Part shown: piece after piece, positions 1 to 9,211 of the stretch
How positions within the stretch are numbered: the stretch's first letter is position 1
How the letters are laid out: every line of letters starts with the position of its first letter
Origin: Candidatus Chewarchaeum aethiopicum
GTDB lineage: Archaea > Halobacteriota > Halobacteria > Halobacteriales > Hikarchaeaceae
Assembly (NCBI GenBank): GCA_034190395.1
Contig: JAXINS010000022.1
Coordinates: 42,260 to 106,259, forward strand
DNA length: 64,000 nucleotides
Reading direction: 5' to 3'
Position numbers and translations under genes: made by a program
The notes under the pieces: model-generated
Told to the model about the DNA's origin: nothing
What the model saw: the letters and a program-made list of their open reading frames with translations, nothing else
Database searches by the model: none

Positions 1-175
1 CGGGAAAACGGGCACAACGGCGTGTATTCGCTTACCGTTGGTCGAGTGACTTTCGAAGGCTTGGGGCTGGGTGTGAGGAACTAACCCGGATAGGAGCCGT
101 CTCGTCAATTCAGTCAGAAGTACCCGGCTGATTTCCAGGCGAACGCTTTTGCGAGAGCAGGCGGTAGTGACCCGT

Positions 176-466
176 ATGGCCGAGCGGGACACGTGTCGCG
201 TCGCCCGCGAGCTGCTGGGCGAGCCCCACATCACCGGGCGACGAATCAGCGTCCGTCAGGTGTACGCGCTCGTTGAGGGGCGGGGCGTCGATCCAGAAGT
301 CGTCGCGGATCGATACGACCTGGACGTGGCGGACGTCTATCACGCCCTCGCGTACTATCACGACCACCCGCGCGAGATGAGCGAGGTCGAAGCCAGGCGC
401 GAAGAGGTGGTCGAGGAATTCCGCGAATCCATTAACCGCCCTGAAGGCGTCGAACCGAACGCCTGA
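176..466 (+). CDS. DUF433 family protein (putative antitoxin, VapB45-like)
   Basis: GEPHITGRRISV...Y.L...DVY.AL.YY matches the DUF433 pattern; ATG at 176; partner gene starts 1 nt after the stop. Confidence 0.85.
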   Translation: MAERDTCRVARELLGEPHITGRRISVRQVYALVEGRGVDPEVVADRYDLDVADVYHALAYYHDHPREMSEVEARREEVVEEFRESINRPEGVEPNA

Positions 467-467
467 G

Positions 468-728
468 ATGTTCGAGTGGCGGTTTCTCCTCGACGAGAAT
501 ATCGACCCGAAAATCCTCCCCTATCTCCGCGAGCACGACCTCGTCCTCGCCACGAGTGATGTGACGGATTTCGGAGCACTATCGAACGAAATCCACGCCT
601 GTCTCATTCTCCTCTACGACGACACGATGGCAGCCTACCGCGTCGCGTCCGCTCTTATCGCGATGGTCGATGCGTACCCGGATCGGGATGCATTCGCGGG
701 TCGTGAAGAACTCGACTCATGGGCCTGA
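468..728 (+). pseudogene. DUF5615 PIN-like toxin, apparently with an in-frame internal deletion
   Basis: N-terminal FLLDENI and later TSD..DF motifs present; only 86 aa; the usual segment between them is absent. Confidence 0.6.
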
Positions 729-905
729 ATCGAGTCGTTCGGAGGATCCGTCAATCGGTAATTGATTTTCTTGGAGGCGACCTGGCGGGATGTACACAAA
801 TTCAAGTGGTACTCGATCACTCGCCCATCGAAGAAAGCACGCCACTTGGTTCGATAGCGGCCTTATCACGATGTCTGTCGGCGGTTTTGACCCGAAAACC
901 GGTTA

Positions 906-980
906 CGGGCGCTGCAGGATTTGAACCCGCGGCCTAGTGGTCCGAAGCCACTCGCTCTGTCCAATCTGAGCTAAGCGCCC
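906..980 (-). tRNA. tRNA-Arg(TCG)
   Basis: Reverse complement GGGCGCT...AGTGG-CT-TCG-GA-CCACT...GGTTCAAATCC...AGCGCCC folds as a cloverleaf; no intron; no encoded CCA. Confidence 0.95.
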
Positions 981-1004
981 TACGATCCGCTACACGAGCG
1001 GTTC

Positions 1005-1012
1005 GGTTAAAG
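1005..1012 (-). promoter_or_regulatory. TATA box of the tRNA-Arg gene
   Basis: CTTTAA on the minus strand about 27-32 nt upstream of the mature tRNA 5' end. Confidence 0.55.
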
Positions 1013-1192
1013 GGATTGCTTTCCGTGTTACCGGGATATCGGTAAATTACTCAAAGTCCAATATTCTCCTGTTTCTCGATCCGCCGCCCGTGATTGCACG
1101 GTGCGCAGCTAGCTGCACACGGACTCCGATCCCGAACCATCCTAGCGCCTCCACAAAGTATACCGGATGTCGGCCGTAGCTGACTCACGCGT

Positions 1193-1555
1193 ATGGACGA
1201 GTGGTTTGAACAGGCCCTCACGGCGCTCACACATGAAGTCCGGGTCGATACCCTACGGACACTGGCCGACGCTGATCAACCACTCACGTTTTCGGAACTC
1301 AAAGCCCGCGTCGATGTCGTCGATTCCGGACGGTTCAACTACCATCTGAATGAACTGCTGGACCAGTACCTCCGGGAGACACGACAGGGATACGAACTGA
1401 ACTATCGTGGGAAACAGATCATCATCGCCGCTGGCGGCGGTGTTGCTACGGATGATGAGTTGCACGCCGGAGCCGACGATCACTGTCCGGTCTGTGGCGA
1501 CGCTGACTGTGATCGGCTCATCCACGTCCATCTCATCCCGCCAACCGGCGTTTGA
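1193..1555 (+). CDS. ArsR-like winged-helix regulator with a C-terminal CPxC-x3-C...HxH motif
   Basis: LTFSEL...DSGRFNYHL..L is typical of haloarchaeal wHTH proteins; C-terminus CPVCGDADC...HVH. Confidence 0.75.
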   Translation: MDEWFEQALTALTHEVRVDTLRTLADADQPLTFSELKARVDVVDSGRFNYHLNELLDQYLRETRQGYELNYRGKQIIIAAGGGVATDDELHAGADDHCPVCGDADCDRLIHVHLIPPTGV

Positions 1556-1648
1556 GTGACCACCGTGTACTCCCGACGATAACGGCAACGCGGACTGGTG
1601 AAACAAATTTCTCCAAATACTCATCCCCACGGCTGCACCAGGGGCCGT

Positions 1649-2344
1649 ATGCGCAGTAAACAGGTAACGTTCGGCATGCCACGTGCCCGTGAGCGGGCGT
1701 TCTTGGAGACGTACATGCCCGACGCTTGGGATCGGTTCGAGGCCGCCGAGGCCATTGAGTCGGCGTGGTTCTGGCGGTTCGGCCGGACCAGTCGCCACGG
1801 TCCAGTCGAGTTGGCCGATGGGACGACCGTTGAAGACGGCGGCGTCATCCTCGTTGTCAACGGCGACCCTGATCCCGCGCCTGTCCTCGAAACCGAGCGC
1901 GATCGGTGGGAGGCACTCGCCGCGGATGGGCTGCTCGACACCTGGGCGGTGAAGGACTTCCGGCCGGCCTACGAGAACGCTCGCGCGAAACTGATCGAGA
2001 ACTTCGGCGAACGTGGGGGTGCGTTGAGCTACCGGTTGCGACCGCTTGCCAGCCGCACGACCCTCGGCCTCCTCGAGACGTTCGATGAGGACCTCCCGGC
2101 GGTCGGCGACCCGACGCCGGAGAACCCGGTGCCGGTTGGGGAATGGGTGCTCATCCACTATCTGATGAAACAGAACGGCCACGACTGGTACGACGAAATC
2201 GATGCCTGCCAACGGGCGATCCGGAACCGCTTGCGATCGCTGGCGCAGTTTCACGGTGCCCGGACGGCACGAGCGGAACTCGAGACCGTCATCGAGGAAC
2301 TCCAAGCACTGCGTGGGGAGTTGTCGGACGCGGAGTCCGCTTGA
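1649..2344 (+). CDS. Hypothetical protein, weakly resembling the lantibiotic dehydratase C-terminal domain
   Basis: Acidic ORF with haloarchaeal codon bias; WFWRF, FGE.GG and HYL motifs. Confidence 0.6.
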   Translation: MRSKQVTFGMPRARERAFLETYMPDAWDRFEAAEAIESAWFWRFGRTSRHGPVELADGTTVEDGGVILVVNGDPDPAPVLETERDRWEALAADGLLDTWAVKDFRPAYENARAKLIENFGERGGALSYRLRPLASRTTLGLLETFDEDLPAVGDPTPENPVPVGEWVLIHYLMKQNGHDWYDEIDACQRAIRNRLRSLAQFHGARTARAELETVIEELQALRGELSDAESA

Positions 2345-2355
2345 AGCGGGTCGTC

Positions 2356-3687
2356 CTATTCGCTGGCGACCGGATTGACGTCCGCTGGCGTTTCCTCGTT
2401 TTCGGCAGCCAGTGCCGTCTCGTTGATCGGGCCGAGATGGGCTGCCGGCAGCGTTGCGCTGTCGTCGACTCCGGAGCGTTCTTCGAGGACACCACGGGTG
2501 ATCGCCGTTGCGACCGCCTCGCTGGCGTCACCGAGCGCCGCCCGTAGGTGCTCCACCCCTGGGATCGTGACTTCCTCGCCCGTGACGGCCGTCCGGATGG
2601 CCTGGCGATCGCTTAGCTCATCTTCGAGGGCGACGATCGACAGCCAGGTATCGACCGTGGCGGTCAGATACTCACGCGCACGGGTCTCGGGATCGCCAAC
2701 GGTCGGGATCGTCCCCAGATACCGGGCCGCGCTCGTCTCGGCGATGTCGATGCCCTCGGTCACCCAGGCGCGAATCTCGCTTAGGTTCGCGTCCGGATCG
2801 AGCGCGGCTTCGGCCCGCGAACAGAGATCGGCTTCGGCGAGGGCGATCTCGTGAAAGACGTTGCCGACGACGACGCCGTCGGCGCCCGCGTTTAGGACCG
2901 ATGTGGCGTCCGCACGCGTTTCGATCCCGCCGCCGTACCAGATGCGCGACCACGAGACGGCGTCGTCGATCGCCTCGAGGATGTCGATGGCCTCCTCGCC
3001 GCCGAACCGACCGGAGTACTCCAGATAGATGATCTCGCTGTCGAGGTGTCGCTCGGCTGCCAGGGCCCGCTGGGCCGCGCCGGTCGGATCCTGACGGTCG
3101 CTTGCGGTGACGTTTGCCTCCTCGGCGGCCGCGCTGTCGAGGTTCTGGATGATATACGCCTCGAAGACGGCCTGATCGAGGACCCACGATGTCAGCACGT
3201 CGGCCAGCCCGGCCCGGAGCCGATCGGGCAACCACGGAAATCGGTCTGTGAGCATGTCGGGGGCGACCGTCCTACGGATATTGTCGATCGCCGCCCCGAG
3301 CTCCCCGACGAGGGCGTTCGAATCACCGTTGAGTACCTCGGGGATCATCGTAAACCGACTGCCACGCCAGGTTCGATCGGTGATGTGGTGGGGGGCGCTC
3401 GGTTCGTGGAAAAAGGGCACGGTGGCGTGATCGAGCAGGCTGAACGTCTCGACGGTGTTTTGGGTCGTGACGTCCTGGGAGCCGCCGATCGATACCGCGC
3501 TCGTATGGCGGAGATAGAGCGGAAACAAAAGCGGCAGCGGCTTTTCGTCCTCTGGGTCGACCTTGGTGATATGCTCCCACTGCCGCGGGACGGGATTGGT
3601 ATCGATGAGCCCCGACGCCCGGGTGGCCGAGCGGAGCAACGCCAGGAGATCACTGCCGGCGCGTGTGAGATCGTCGACCCACGCCAT
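2356..3687 (-). CDS. PcrB/GGGP synthase family prenyltransferase, long form
   Basis: HITKVDPE, GGS, EAYII.N, YLEYSG, YGGGI and VVGN motifs; N- and C-terminal extensions. Confidence 0.85.
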   Translation of the reverse strand: MAWVDDLTRAGSDLLALLRSATRASGLIDTNPVPRQWEHITKVDPEDEKPLPLLFPLYLRHTSAVSIGGSQDVTTQNTVETFSLLDHATVPFFHEPSAPHHITDRTWRGSRFTMIPEVLNGDSNALVGELGAAIDNIRRTVAPDMLTDRFPWLPDRLRAGLADVLTSWVLDQAVFEAYIIQNLDSAAAEEANVTASDRQDPTGAAQRALAAERHLDSEIIYLEYSGRFGGEEAIDILEAIDDAVSWSRIWYGGGIETRADATSVLNAGADGVVVGNVFHEIALAEADLCSRAEAALDPDANLSEIRAWVTEGIDIAETSAARYLGTIPTVGDPETRAREYLTATVDTWLSIVALEDELSDRQAIRTAVTGEEVTIPGVEHLRAALGDASEAVATAITRGVLEERSGVDDSATLPAAHLGPINETALAAENEETPADVNPVASE

Positions 3688-3899
3688 TGCATCGGTTCAC
3701 TCCCCGCGCAGTATAAAGAGTCACGCTTGGCGATGGCCGGGACTCGCCGGGGTTCGGACCGTCGTTGGGCTCCCGAACGTACTCACTAGAGCTACCTTGA
3801 ATCCGGTCGCCCGTGGGACGGTGATTGATCGTCGCTGATCCCGAGGGTCGCCTGAGACGCAAGCATTTAACCCGCCGACTGTGGAGTGTGGGCCGGATC

Positions 3900-4748
3900 A
3901 TGGCGGCACCGTCGTTCGAGGAACGCCTCCGTGGCGTCGTCGGCATTACCCGGCCGATCAATGCGATCGTCGCGGGCGTGCTTACGTTCATCGGAGCCTT
4001 TGTCGCGACCGACGCGTTCCTCACGCCGGCGTCGATGGCCGCGGTCGTGGCGACGATCCTCGCGACGGGTGCCGGCAATACGATCAACGACTACTTCGAT
4101 CGGGAGATCGACCGGATCAACGCCCCCGACCGCCCTATCCCGAGTGGGACTGTCACTCCCCGGGAAGCGCTGTTGATCAGCGGCGTTCTCTTTGCGGTCG
4201 CGATCGTCGTCGCGCTGGTCTGGCTGCCCCGACTGGCGATCCTCGTGGCGGTGCTCAACCTCATCGCGTTGATCGCCTACACGCCGGTGTTCAAGGCCCG
4301 TCCGGCGGCCGGGAACCTCGTCGTCGCGTATCTCGGTGGCAGCACGTTCCTCTTTGGCGGCCTTGCGGTCGGGAATCCCGGCCCGACGCTGGTGCTATCG
4401 GTGCTGGCGGTGCTCTCGACGATGACCCGTGAGATCGTCAAGGATATCGAGGACATGGCCGGTGATGAGGCCGAAGGGTTGGATACGCTGCCGTTGCGCA
4501 TCGGCGCCGAGCGATCGCTGTGGATCGGGATCGCACTCCTGGTGGTGGCGCTGGTGGCAAGCCCCCTGCCGTATCTCGTGGGCATCTTCGGCCCGGTCTA
4601 TTTGGGACTGGTCGCGATCGCCGACGCTCTGTTCGTCTACGCGGGTTACCGGAGTTTCTCGGATCCGACGGCTGGCCAGACGTACCTGAAATACGGGATG
4701 TTCCTCTCGGCGGGGGCGTTCATCCTCGGTCGGCTCGCCGTGCTCTGA
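3900..4748 (+). CDS. Digeranylgeranylglyceryl phosphate synthase (UbiA family)
   Basis: RP.N, NDYFDREIDRIN.P.RPIPSG and REIVKDIED..GD motifs; multiple TM helices. Confidence 0.9.
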   Translation: MAAPSFEERLRGVVGITRPINAIVAGVLTFIGAFVATDAFLTPASMAAVVATILATGAGNTINDYFDREIDRINAPDRPIPSGTVTPREALLISGVLFAVAIVVALVWLPRLAILVAVLNLIALIAYTPVFKARPAAGNLVVAYLGGSTFLFGGLAVGNPGPTLVLSVLAVLSTMTREIVKDIEDMAGDEAEGLDTLPLRIGAERSLWIGIALLVVALVASPLPYLVGIFGPVYLGLVAIADALFVYAGYRSFSDPTAGQTYLKYGMFLSAGAFILGRLAVL

Positions 4749-4785
4749 CGGCACGTTTTTCCGGTCGCGATGTCTTCACGTTGAC

Positions 4786-5196
4786 ATGCCTGTCGAGAGC
4801 GATGCGGAGCTCCGTGAGATCCTCGGGCTCGAAACCGTGGCGGTCGTCGGCTGTTCGTCGACCCCCGGCAAGGACGCCCACGAAATCCCGAAATATCTGC
4901 TCGAACAGGGCTACGACGTCATCCCAGTCAACCCCTTTGCCGACGAGATCTTCGGTCGCGAGGCCGTTGACTCGCTGGCGGCCATCGAGGGCCCGATCGA
5001 CATCGTCGATGTCTTTCGTCCGAGCGAGGAGGTCGCGGGGATCGTCGACGAAGCCCTCGATCGGGGCGGGATCAAAGCCATCTGGCTGCAGTTGGGCATC
5101 TATGACGACGACGCCGCGACCCGGGCCGAGAACGCCGGGCTCTGTGTCGTCCAGGATCGGTGTATGAAAGTCGAACACCAGCGGCTGTTCGGCTGA
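4786..5196 (+). CDS. CoA-binding protein (YccU-like)
   Basis: VAVVGCS, VIPVNP, DIVDVFR, IWLQLG and DRC motifs. Confidence 0.9.
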   Translation: MPVESDAELREILGLETVAVVGCSSTPGKDAHEIPKYLLEQGYDVIPVNPFADEIFGREAVDSLAAIEGPIDIVDVFRPSEEVAGIVDEALDRGGIKAIWLQLGIYDDDAATRAENAGLCVVQDRCMKVEHQRLFG

Positions 5197-5208
5197 GCCG
5201 TCGGCCGG

Positions 5209-5517
5209 TTATTCGGCGGTCGCGGTCCCCTCGTCGGTCGATCCGTCGGATTCGGTGTCGTCGGCCGTCGTCACCGGATCGATCTCGATGTCGCCGACGG
5301 TCGCGTCGATATCGATATCCTCCCGTTCGGCCAATGCCTCGAGTATCGCCCGCTGTTCGGCGACTTCCTGTTCCAATCGGGCCACCCGCTCGTTCGTCTC
5401 GCCGGCGGTCTCTTTTAGCGTCACGAGTTGCTGGCGGATCTCCATGACCTTCTCGTAGAGCTCCTCGGCCAGTTCGACGAGCGTCTGGATCTTCTGGGTG
5501 GCGTTCCCGAGTACCAT
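5209..5517 (-). CDS. DUF5798-like coiled-coil protein
   Basis: LG.ATQKIQ...AEELY and EQRAILEALAE; acidic tail. Confidence 0.7.
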   Translation of the reverse strand: MVLGNATQKIQTLVELAEELYEKVMEIRQQLVTLKETAGETNERVARLEQEVAEQRAILEALAEREDIDIDATVGDIEIDPVTTADDTESDGSTDEGTATAE

Positions 5518-5629
5518 GGCCATATTTTTGGCCGACTGGGGTTTGGACCTTCCGGACGATTGCATGCCCGGACGTCTCGTACGATCGGAGTTCTGTGGGT
5601 TTATTCCCGCCGGGATCCTCCGGCCGGAT

Positions 5630-6034
5630 ATGGACGCTGAATCGGCTGGCGTGACCGTCGGGACGGTCGGCTCGCTGGTCGTCGTCGCTATGGCTGTCGT
5701 GCCGTTTCTCGTCGCCGATGCCGGCGCGATCGGGGTCTATTACGCCGCCGGTTTCGTCGGACCGCCCTTTCTCGCGGTATTGGCGATCGTCACCGGCGTG
5801 GCCTTGGCTGCTGGCCATCGCCGTCGTTCGGATCCCGCTACGGCAGCGGGCATCGCCGTCGTGATGAGCCTGATGTTGGTAGTGTTTTCGCTGACCTGGG
5901 CGGTGAGCGTGACACCGTCGCTGTTGGGGGGCCTCACCGAGGTCGCGGTCTTCCAGCATCACCGGTGGGCCGTGGTCGTTGCCGGTATCCTTGCTCTCGT
6001 TGGGAGCGGCCTGTATACCCGCGCTGTCGTGTAA
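5630..6034 (+). CDS. Conserved haloarchaeal four-TM membrane protein
   Basis: Hydrophobic helices; VYY..G, R.DPATAAG and HRW motifs. Confidence 0.7.
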   Translation: MDAESAGVTVGTVGSLVVVAMAVVPFLVADAGAIGVYYAAGFVGPPFLAVLAIVTGVALAAGHRRRSDPATAAGIAVVMSLMLVVFSLTWAVSVTPSLLGGLTEVAVFQHHRWAVVVAGILALVGSGLYTRAVV

Positions 6035-6080
6035 TATCGCCTTCGTAAAGGCCTTATGTGCCCGCCGGATAGCTTCAGTT

Positions 6081-6390
6081 GGACTAGGTCGGGCGGTTAG
6101 GCCCCGCTCCCACGCCTGCGCTATGGTCTTTAGCAGGGACCGAACCCGGGGGCGTCCGGTCAGACCGGAACGGACCTCGGGAGCCGACGTCGAAGCCTCG
6201 TCCTTCGGGGGCAGCGGTCCACGGCGTGCGTCCGAAGGGACGTTCCGTCGTGGTTTATCGGCGATACCCCGTCAGGCACGGAAGTGAGCAGCGGATCGCC
6301 GGACACCTGTCGCTCGAAGGGTCGCGGGGTGGAGGAGGCGACCGGGACTATCCGTTCTGGAACGCCGGGCAAGCCCGAGCGTCCATCCAT
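6081..6390 (+). ncRNA. ffs: Archaeal signal recognition particle (7S) RNA
   Basis: Begins GGACTAGGTCGGGCGGTTAGG; helix-8 SRP54 motif CAGG-CAC-GGAA-GTG-AGCAG at about 6273-6291; 3' GTCC pairs with 5' GGAC; CTTATG box about 25 nt upstream. Confidence 0.92.
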
Positions 6391-6498
6391 TCATACTGCA
6401 TTTCCATTGCCGATGAGTGACCGCGCCGGTGGGGGGCTGTCCGTCTTTTGTAACTGTGGTTACTGAAGTACGAGGAAAGCTTGAGCGCGGGGAGGAAG

Positions 6499-7263
6499 TC
6501 ACCCCGGGAGCACCGATCGGACGCCCTCGCGGAGGAATCCGAGATCCCCGCCCAGGAGAAAAACCCGAAAGCCAGCGTCGATTCGCCGTTCGATCCGGTC
6601 GGGCTCACCCGCGACGATCCCTGCGTGGATGTCGTGTTCGGCCGCGGTCTCGCGGATCGTCCTGACGGCTTCTCTCACTTCGGGACGGTCTTTTTCGCCG
6701 GGATTGCCGTACGTGGTCGACAGGTCGTTCTCGCCGATGAACGCAACGTCGATCCCATCGACCGCAAGGATCTCATCGACCCGCTCGACGGCCGTCTTGG
6801 TCTCGATCTGGACGATCACGAGGATCACATCGTTGGCGCTCTCGACGTAGTCGTCGAACTGCTCGCCGTGGTTGTTGGCTCGGACGGAACCGGCCACGCC
6901 GCGATCCCCCTGGGGTGGAAACCGGGCCGCTCGCACGGCCCGTTCGGCGTCTTCGGCACTCTCGACCCGCGGGATGATCAGGCCCTTGGCACCGGCGTCG
7001 AGCGCGCGTTTAGCCCCGCCCCCAGCGGCGTGATCGACCGATGAAAGCCGGACGATCGCTGGCACGTCGTGCCGCTCTGCCCCCCGGACGATCGCCTCGA
7101 TGTCCGTGGCGGTGGCTGGGGTGTGTTCCATGTCGATCCCGATCCAATCGACGCCGGCAGCCCCGAGGGTTTCGGCCGACCGGGGACTCAACGAAGCGAC
7201 CCACGGCCCGAATACCGGCTCGTCGGCATCGAGCTTTGCCTTCACTGGGTTGGTTACTGGCAT
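6499..7263 (-). CDS. HpcH/HpaI aldolase family protein
   Basis: IDMEH, ALDAGA.G...P, PPQG.RG, QIET and FIG..DL motifs. Confidence 0.9.
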   Translation of the reverse strand: MPVTNPVKAKLDADEPVFGPWVASLSPRSAETLGAAGVDWIGIDMEHTPATATDIEAIVRGAERHDVPAIVRLSSVDHAAGGGAKRALDAGAKGLIIPRVESAEDAERAVRAARFPPQGDRGVAGSVRANNHGEQFDDYVESANDVILVIVQIETKTAVERVDEILAVDGIDVAFIGENDLSTTYGNPGEKDRPEVREAVRTIRETAAEHDIHAGIVAGEPDRIERRIDAGFRVFLLGGDLGFLREGVRSVLPG

Positions 7264-7396
7264 AGGTAGCGACCGACGGCGACCGGGAAAAAGCTATAGC
7301 AATCGGCGATCGCGACGACCGGTGATCGGCCACCCTCCGTTGACGTTCCGCCACGACGACCGGCCACTGCTCCCCGTGGCCGATCGATGAGTGCGG

Positions 7397-8269
7397 TCAG
7401 TCGGCGAGTTCGGCGAGGTTCACGTCCGAGCCGACCTCGATCGCCCCGGAGAGGTCTCGCTGGGGGAACGGGAACTCGATGCCGGCTTCGTCAAACCGGT
7501 TTTTGACGTTCGTGACGTACTCCCCGCGGGTCCGGACGAAGTCCGACCGGCTGGGGTTCGAGATCCAGATCCGTGACTGGAGCACGACGGCGTTGTCACC
7601 GAGTTCAGTCAGGCGGACCGACGGCGCCGGGTCATCGAGGATTTCGTCGTGGGTTTCGGCCTCCTCGATGAGGATGTCGGTCGCTTCTTCGATGTCATCG
7701 TCGTAGCTGATCCCGATCGGGACCTTCATCCGGAGCGTGTCCTTGGCGACCGGATTCTTGATCACGCCATCGGTCAGCTGGGAATTGGGCACCGTCAACA
7801 GTTCGTTGTCGAACGTCCGCACCCGGCTGACCCGCAGGCTGATGTCCTCGACGACGCCGGCGTTCCCGTCCCATTCGATCCAGTCGCCGATCCGGAACGG
7901 TCGATCGGTGAAGATGAACACGCCGGCGACGAAGTTCTTCAGGACGTCCTGGGTTGCAAACCCGATCGCCAGCGTCGCCGCGGCGGCGATCGTCGCCAGT
8001 GATTGCAGGAAATCGCCATAGCCGGCAAACCCGAAGGCGACGGCGATCGCGACGAAGCCGATGAGAATGCTCACCAACTTCCGGAGTGGCTTGCGGGCGT
8101 GGGCATCGAGCTCCCGTGAGGACAGGACGCGGTTGACGACCGGTAGTATCAGGACGCGTCCGGCGATGTAGATCCCGAAAAACGCGACGATGAAATACAA
8201 CAGCTGTGTCACCGCCAGCGCATAGCCACCCGGGAGCAGGTTTTCGAGGAATGGGAGCGGTTGGACCAT
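7397..8269 (-). CDS. mscS: Small-conductance mechanosensitive channel (MscS family)
   Basis: GFA.QD.L.NF.AG, RPFRIGDWI, VPNSQL and IEFPFPQR motifs. Confidence 0.9.
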   Translation of the reverse strand: MVQPLPFLENLLPGGYALAVTQLLYFIVAFFGIYIAGRVLILPVVNRVLSSRELDAHARKPLRKLVSILIGFVAIAVAFGFAGYGDFLQSLATIAAAATLAIGFATQDVLKNFVAGVFIFTDRPFRIGDWIEWDGNAGVVEDISLRVSRVRTFDNELLTVPNSQLTDGVIKNPVAKDTLRMKVPIGISYDDDIEEATDILIEEAETHDEILDDPAPSVRLTELGDNAVVLQSRIWISNPSRSDFVRTRGEYVTNVKNRFDEAGIEFPFPQRDLSGAIEVGSDVNLAELAD

Positions 8270-8514
8270 CAGTGATACACCGCCGTATTCCCGCGGGTTT
8301 CGATCAGCGTCGCGCCGACCCGATCGCCGAGTTCCGCCGCCAGTTCATCGACATCCGTTCCGCCCTGAGCCGACCGCAGGAACTTCACCTTCACGAGCTT
8401 CCGGTCATCGAGTTGATCGCCGAGTTCCTCCACAACCGCATCGAGTCCCGCTTTCCCCACCCACACCGTTACGTCAAGATCGTGGGCCTCCTTGCGGAGT
8501 TCCTGTTGATCCAT
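8269..8514 (-). CDS. YhbY/CRM-domain RNA-binding protein
   Basis: AH.L...VWVGK.G, LVKVKF and RG.TAV motifs. Confidence 0.9.
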   Translation of the reverse strand: MDQQELRKEAHDLDVTVWVGKAGLDAVVEELGDQLDDRKLVKVKFLRSAQGGTDVDELAAELGDRVGATLIETRGNTAVYH

Positions 8515-8625
8515 AATCTATCCGTCATTGATCCTGATCAGGTTTCAATGTTAAGTATTCCAAAGCGCCGCCAACGCGGCGATATAGCGATGACGGTTTC
8601 CCGATAGACACGGCCGACTCTAAGG

Positions 8626-8838
8626 TCAGTCCGGCTCCTCGTCCGAGCCGGCGACCGCCCCGAGCAACACGACGGCCAGCCCGACGAGAACGAAGACCAC
8701 CGCGACCGCGATGTCCCCGATGGCGAGCGACGGGATCGCCGGCTGGAGCACGAGCCAGAGCCCATAGAGGCCGGCGCCGACGAACACCAGCGTCAACACC
8801 CCATAGATTCCCATCTCGACGTACTCGCGTACTGTCAT
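8626..8838 (-). CDS. Small two-TM membrane protein
   Basis: Two hydrophobic helices and an acidic tail; TTTAA box upstream. Confidence 0.6.
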   Translation of the reverse strand: MTVREYVEMGIYGVLTLVFVGAGLYGLWLVLQPAIPSLAIGDIAVAVVFVLVGLAVVLLGAVAGSDEEPD

Positions 8839-8932
8839 CGGTTTGATCCACGATCCAAGCCGTTAAAGCTCTCCTGCAACGGACTCGGGCGGGTAGCGAG
8901 CAACTACAGGTCGTGCTCGGGATCGCAATCGG

Positions 8933-9211
8933 TCAGTCGTATGGGTAGCGATGCTGGGTACCACACTGACACGTGATGACCACGTGGCCCTCTTGGGTCC
9001 GGACACGGGCGTTTCGCCCGGGGAGCAGATACCGATCGCAGGTATCACAGGTAAACCGCCGGAACGTCCGGGGCAGCCGCAACCGATGGCGCTCGGCGAT
9101 CCGTTTGGCCAGCCTGACGTACCGGCGGGCACGCTCCTCGTGGCCCGCCTGCATTGCGGCCTTGGCGTTGGCTTCGAGCCGCTCGATACGCTCGGTTGCG
9201 ATCGATGGCAT
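8933..9211 (-). CDS. rnp4: Ribonuclease P protein component 4 (Rpp21)
   Basis: IA.ERI..L, ARRYV.LA, R..C..C...L.PG...RVR and C.CG...RYPY motifs. Confidence 0.93.
   Translation of the reverse strand: MPSIATERIERLEANAKAAMQAGHEERARRYVRLAKRIAERHRLRLPRTFRRFTCDTCDRYLLPGRNARVRTQEGHVVITCQCGTQHRYPYD

Noticed and set aside
1-905. Integrase, att duplication or IS element next to the tRNA
   Set aside because: No recombinase or transposase ORF and no repeat of the tRNA 3' end is visible inside the window; an island can only be suspected.
719-937. 72-aa ORF downstream of the toxin gene
   Set aside because: It runs antisense into the tRNA, lacks acidic haloarchaeal composition and has no motif.
6081-6420. 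Short ORFs over a GC-rich structured region
   Set aside because: The region is explained by the SRP RNA gene.
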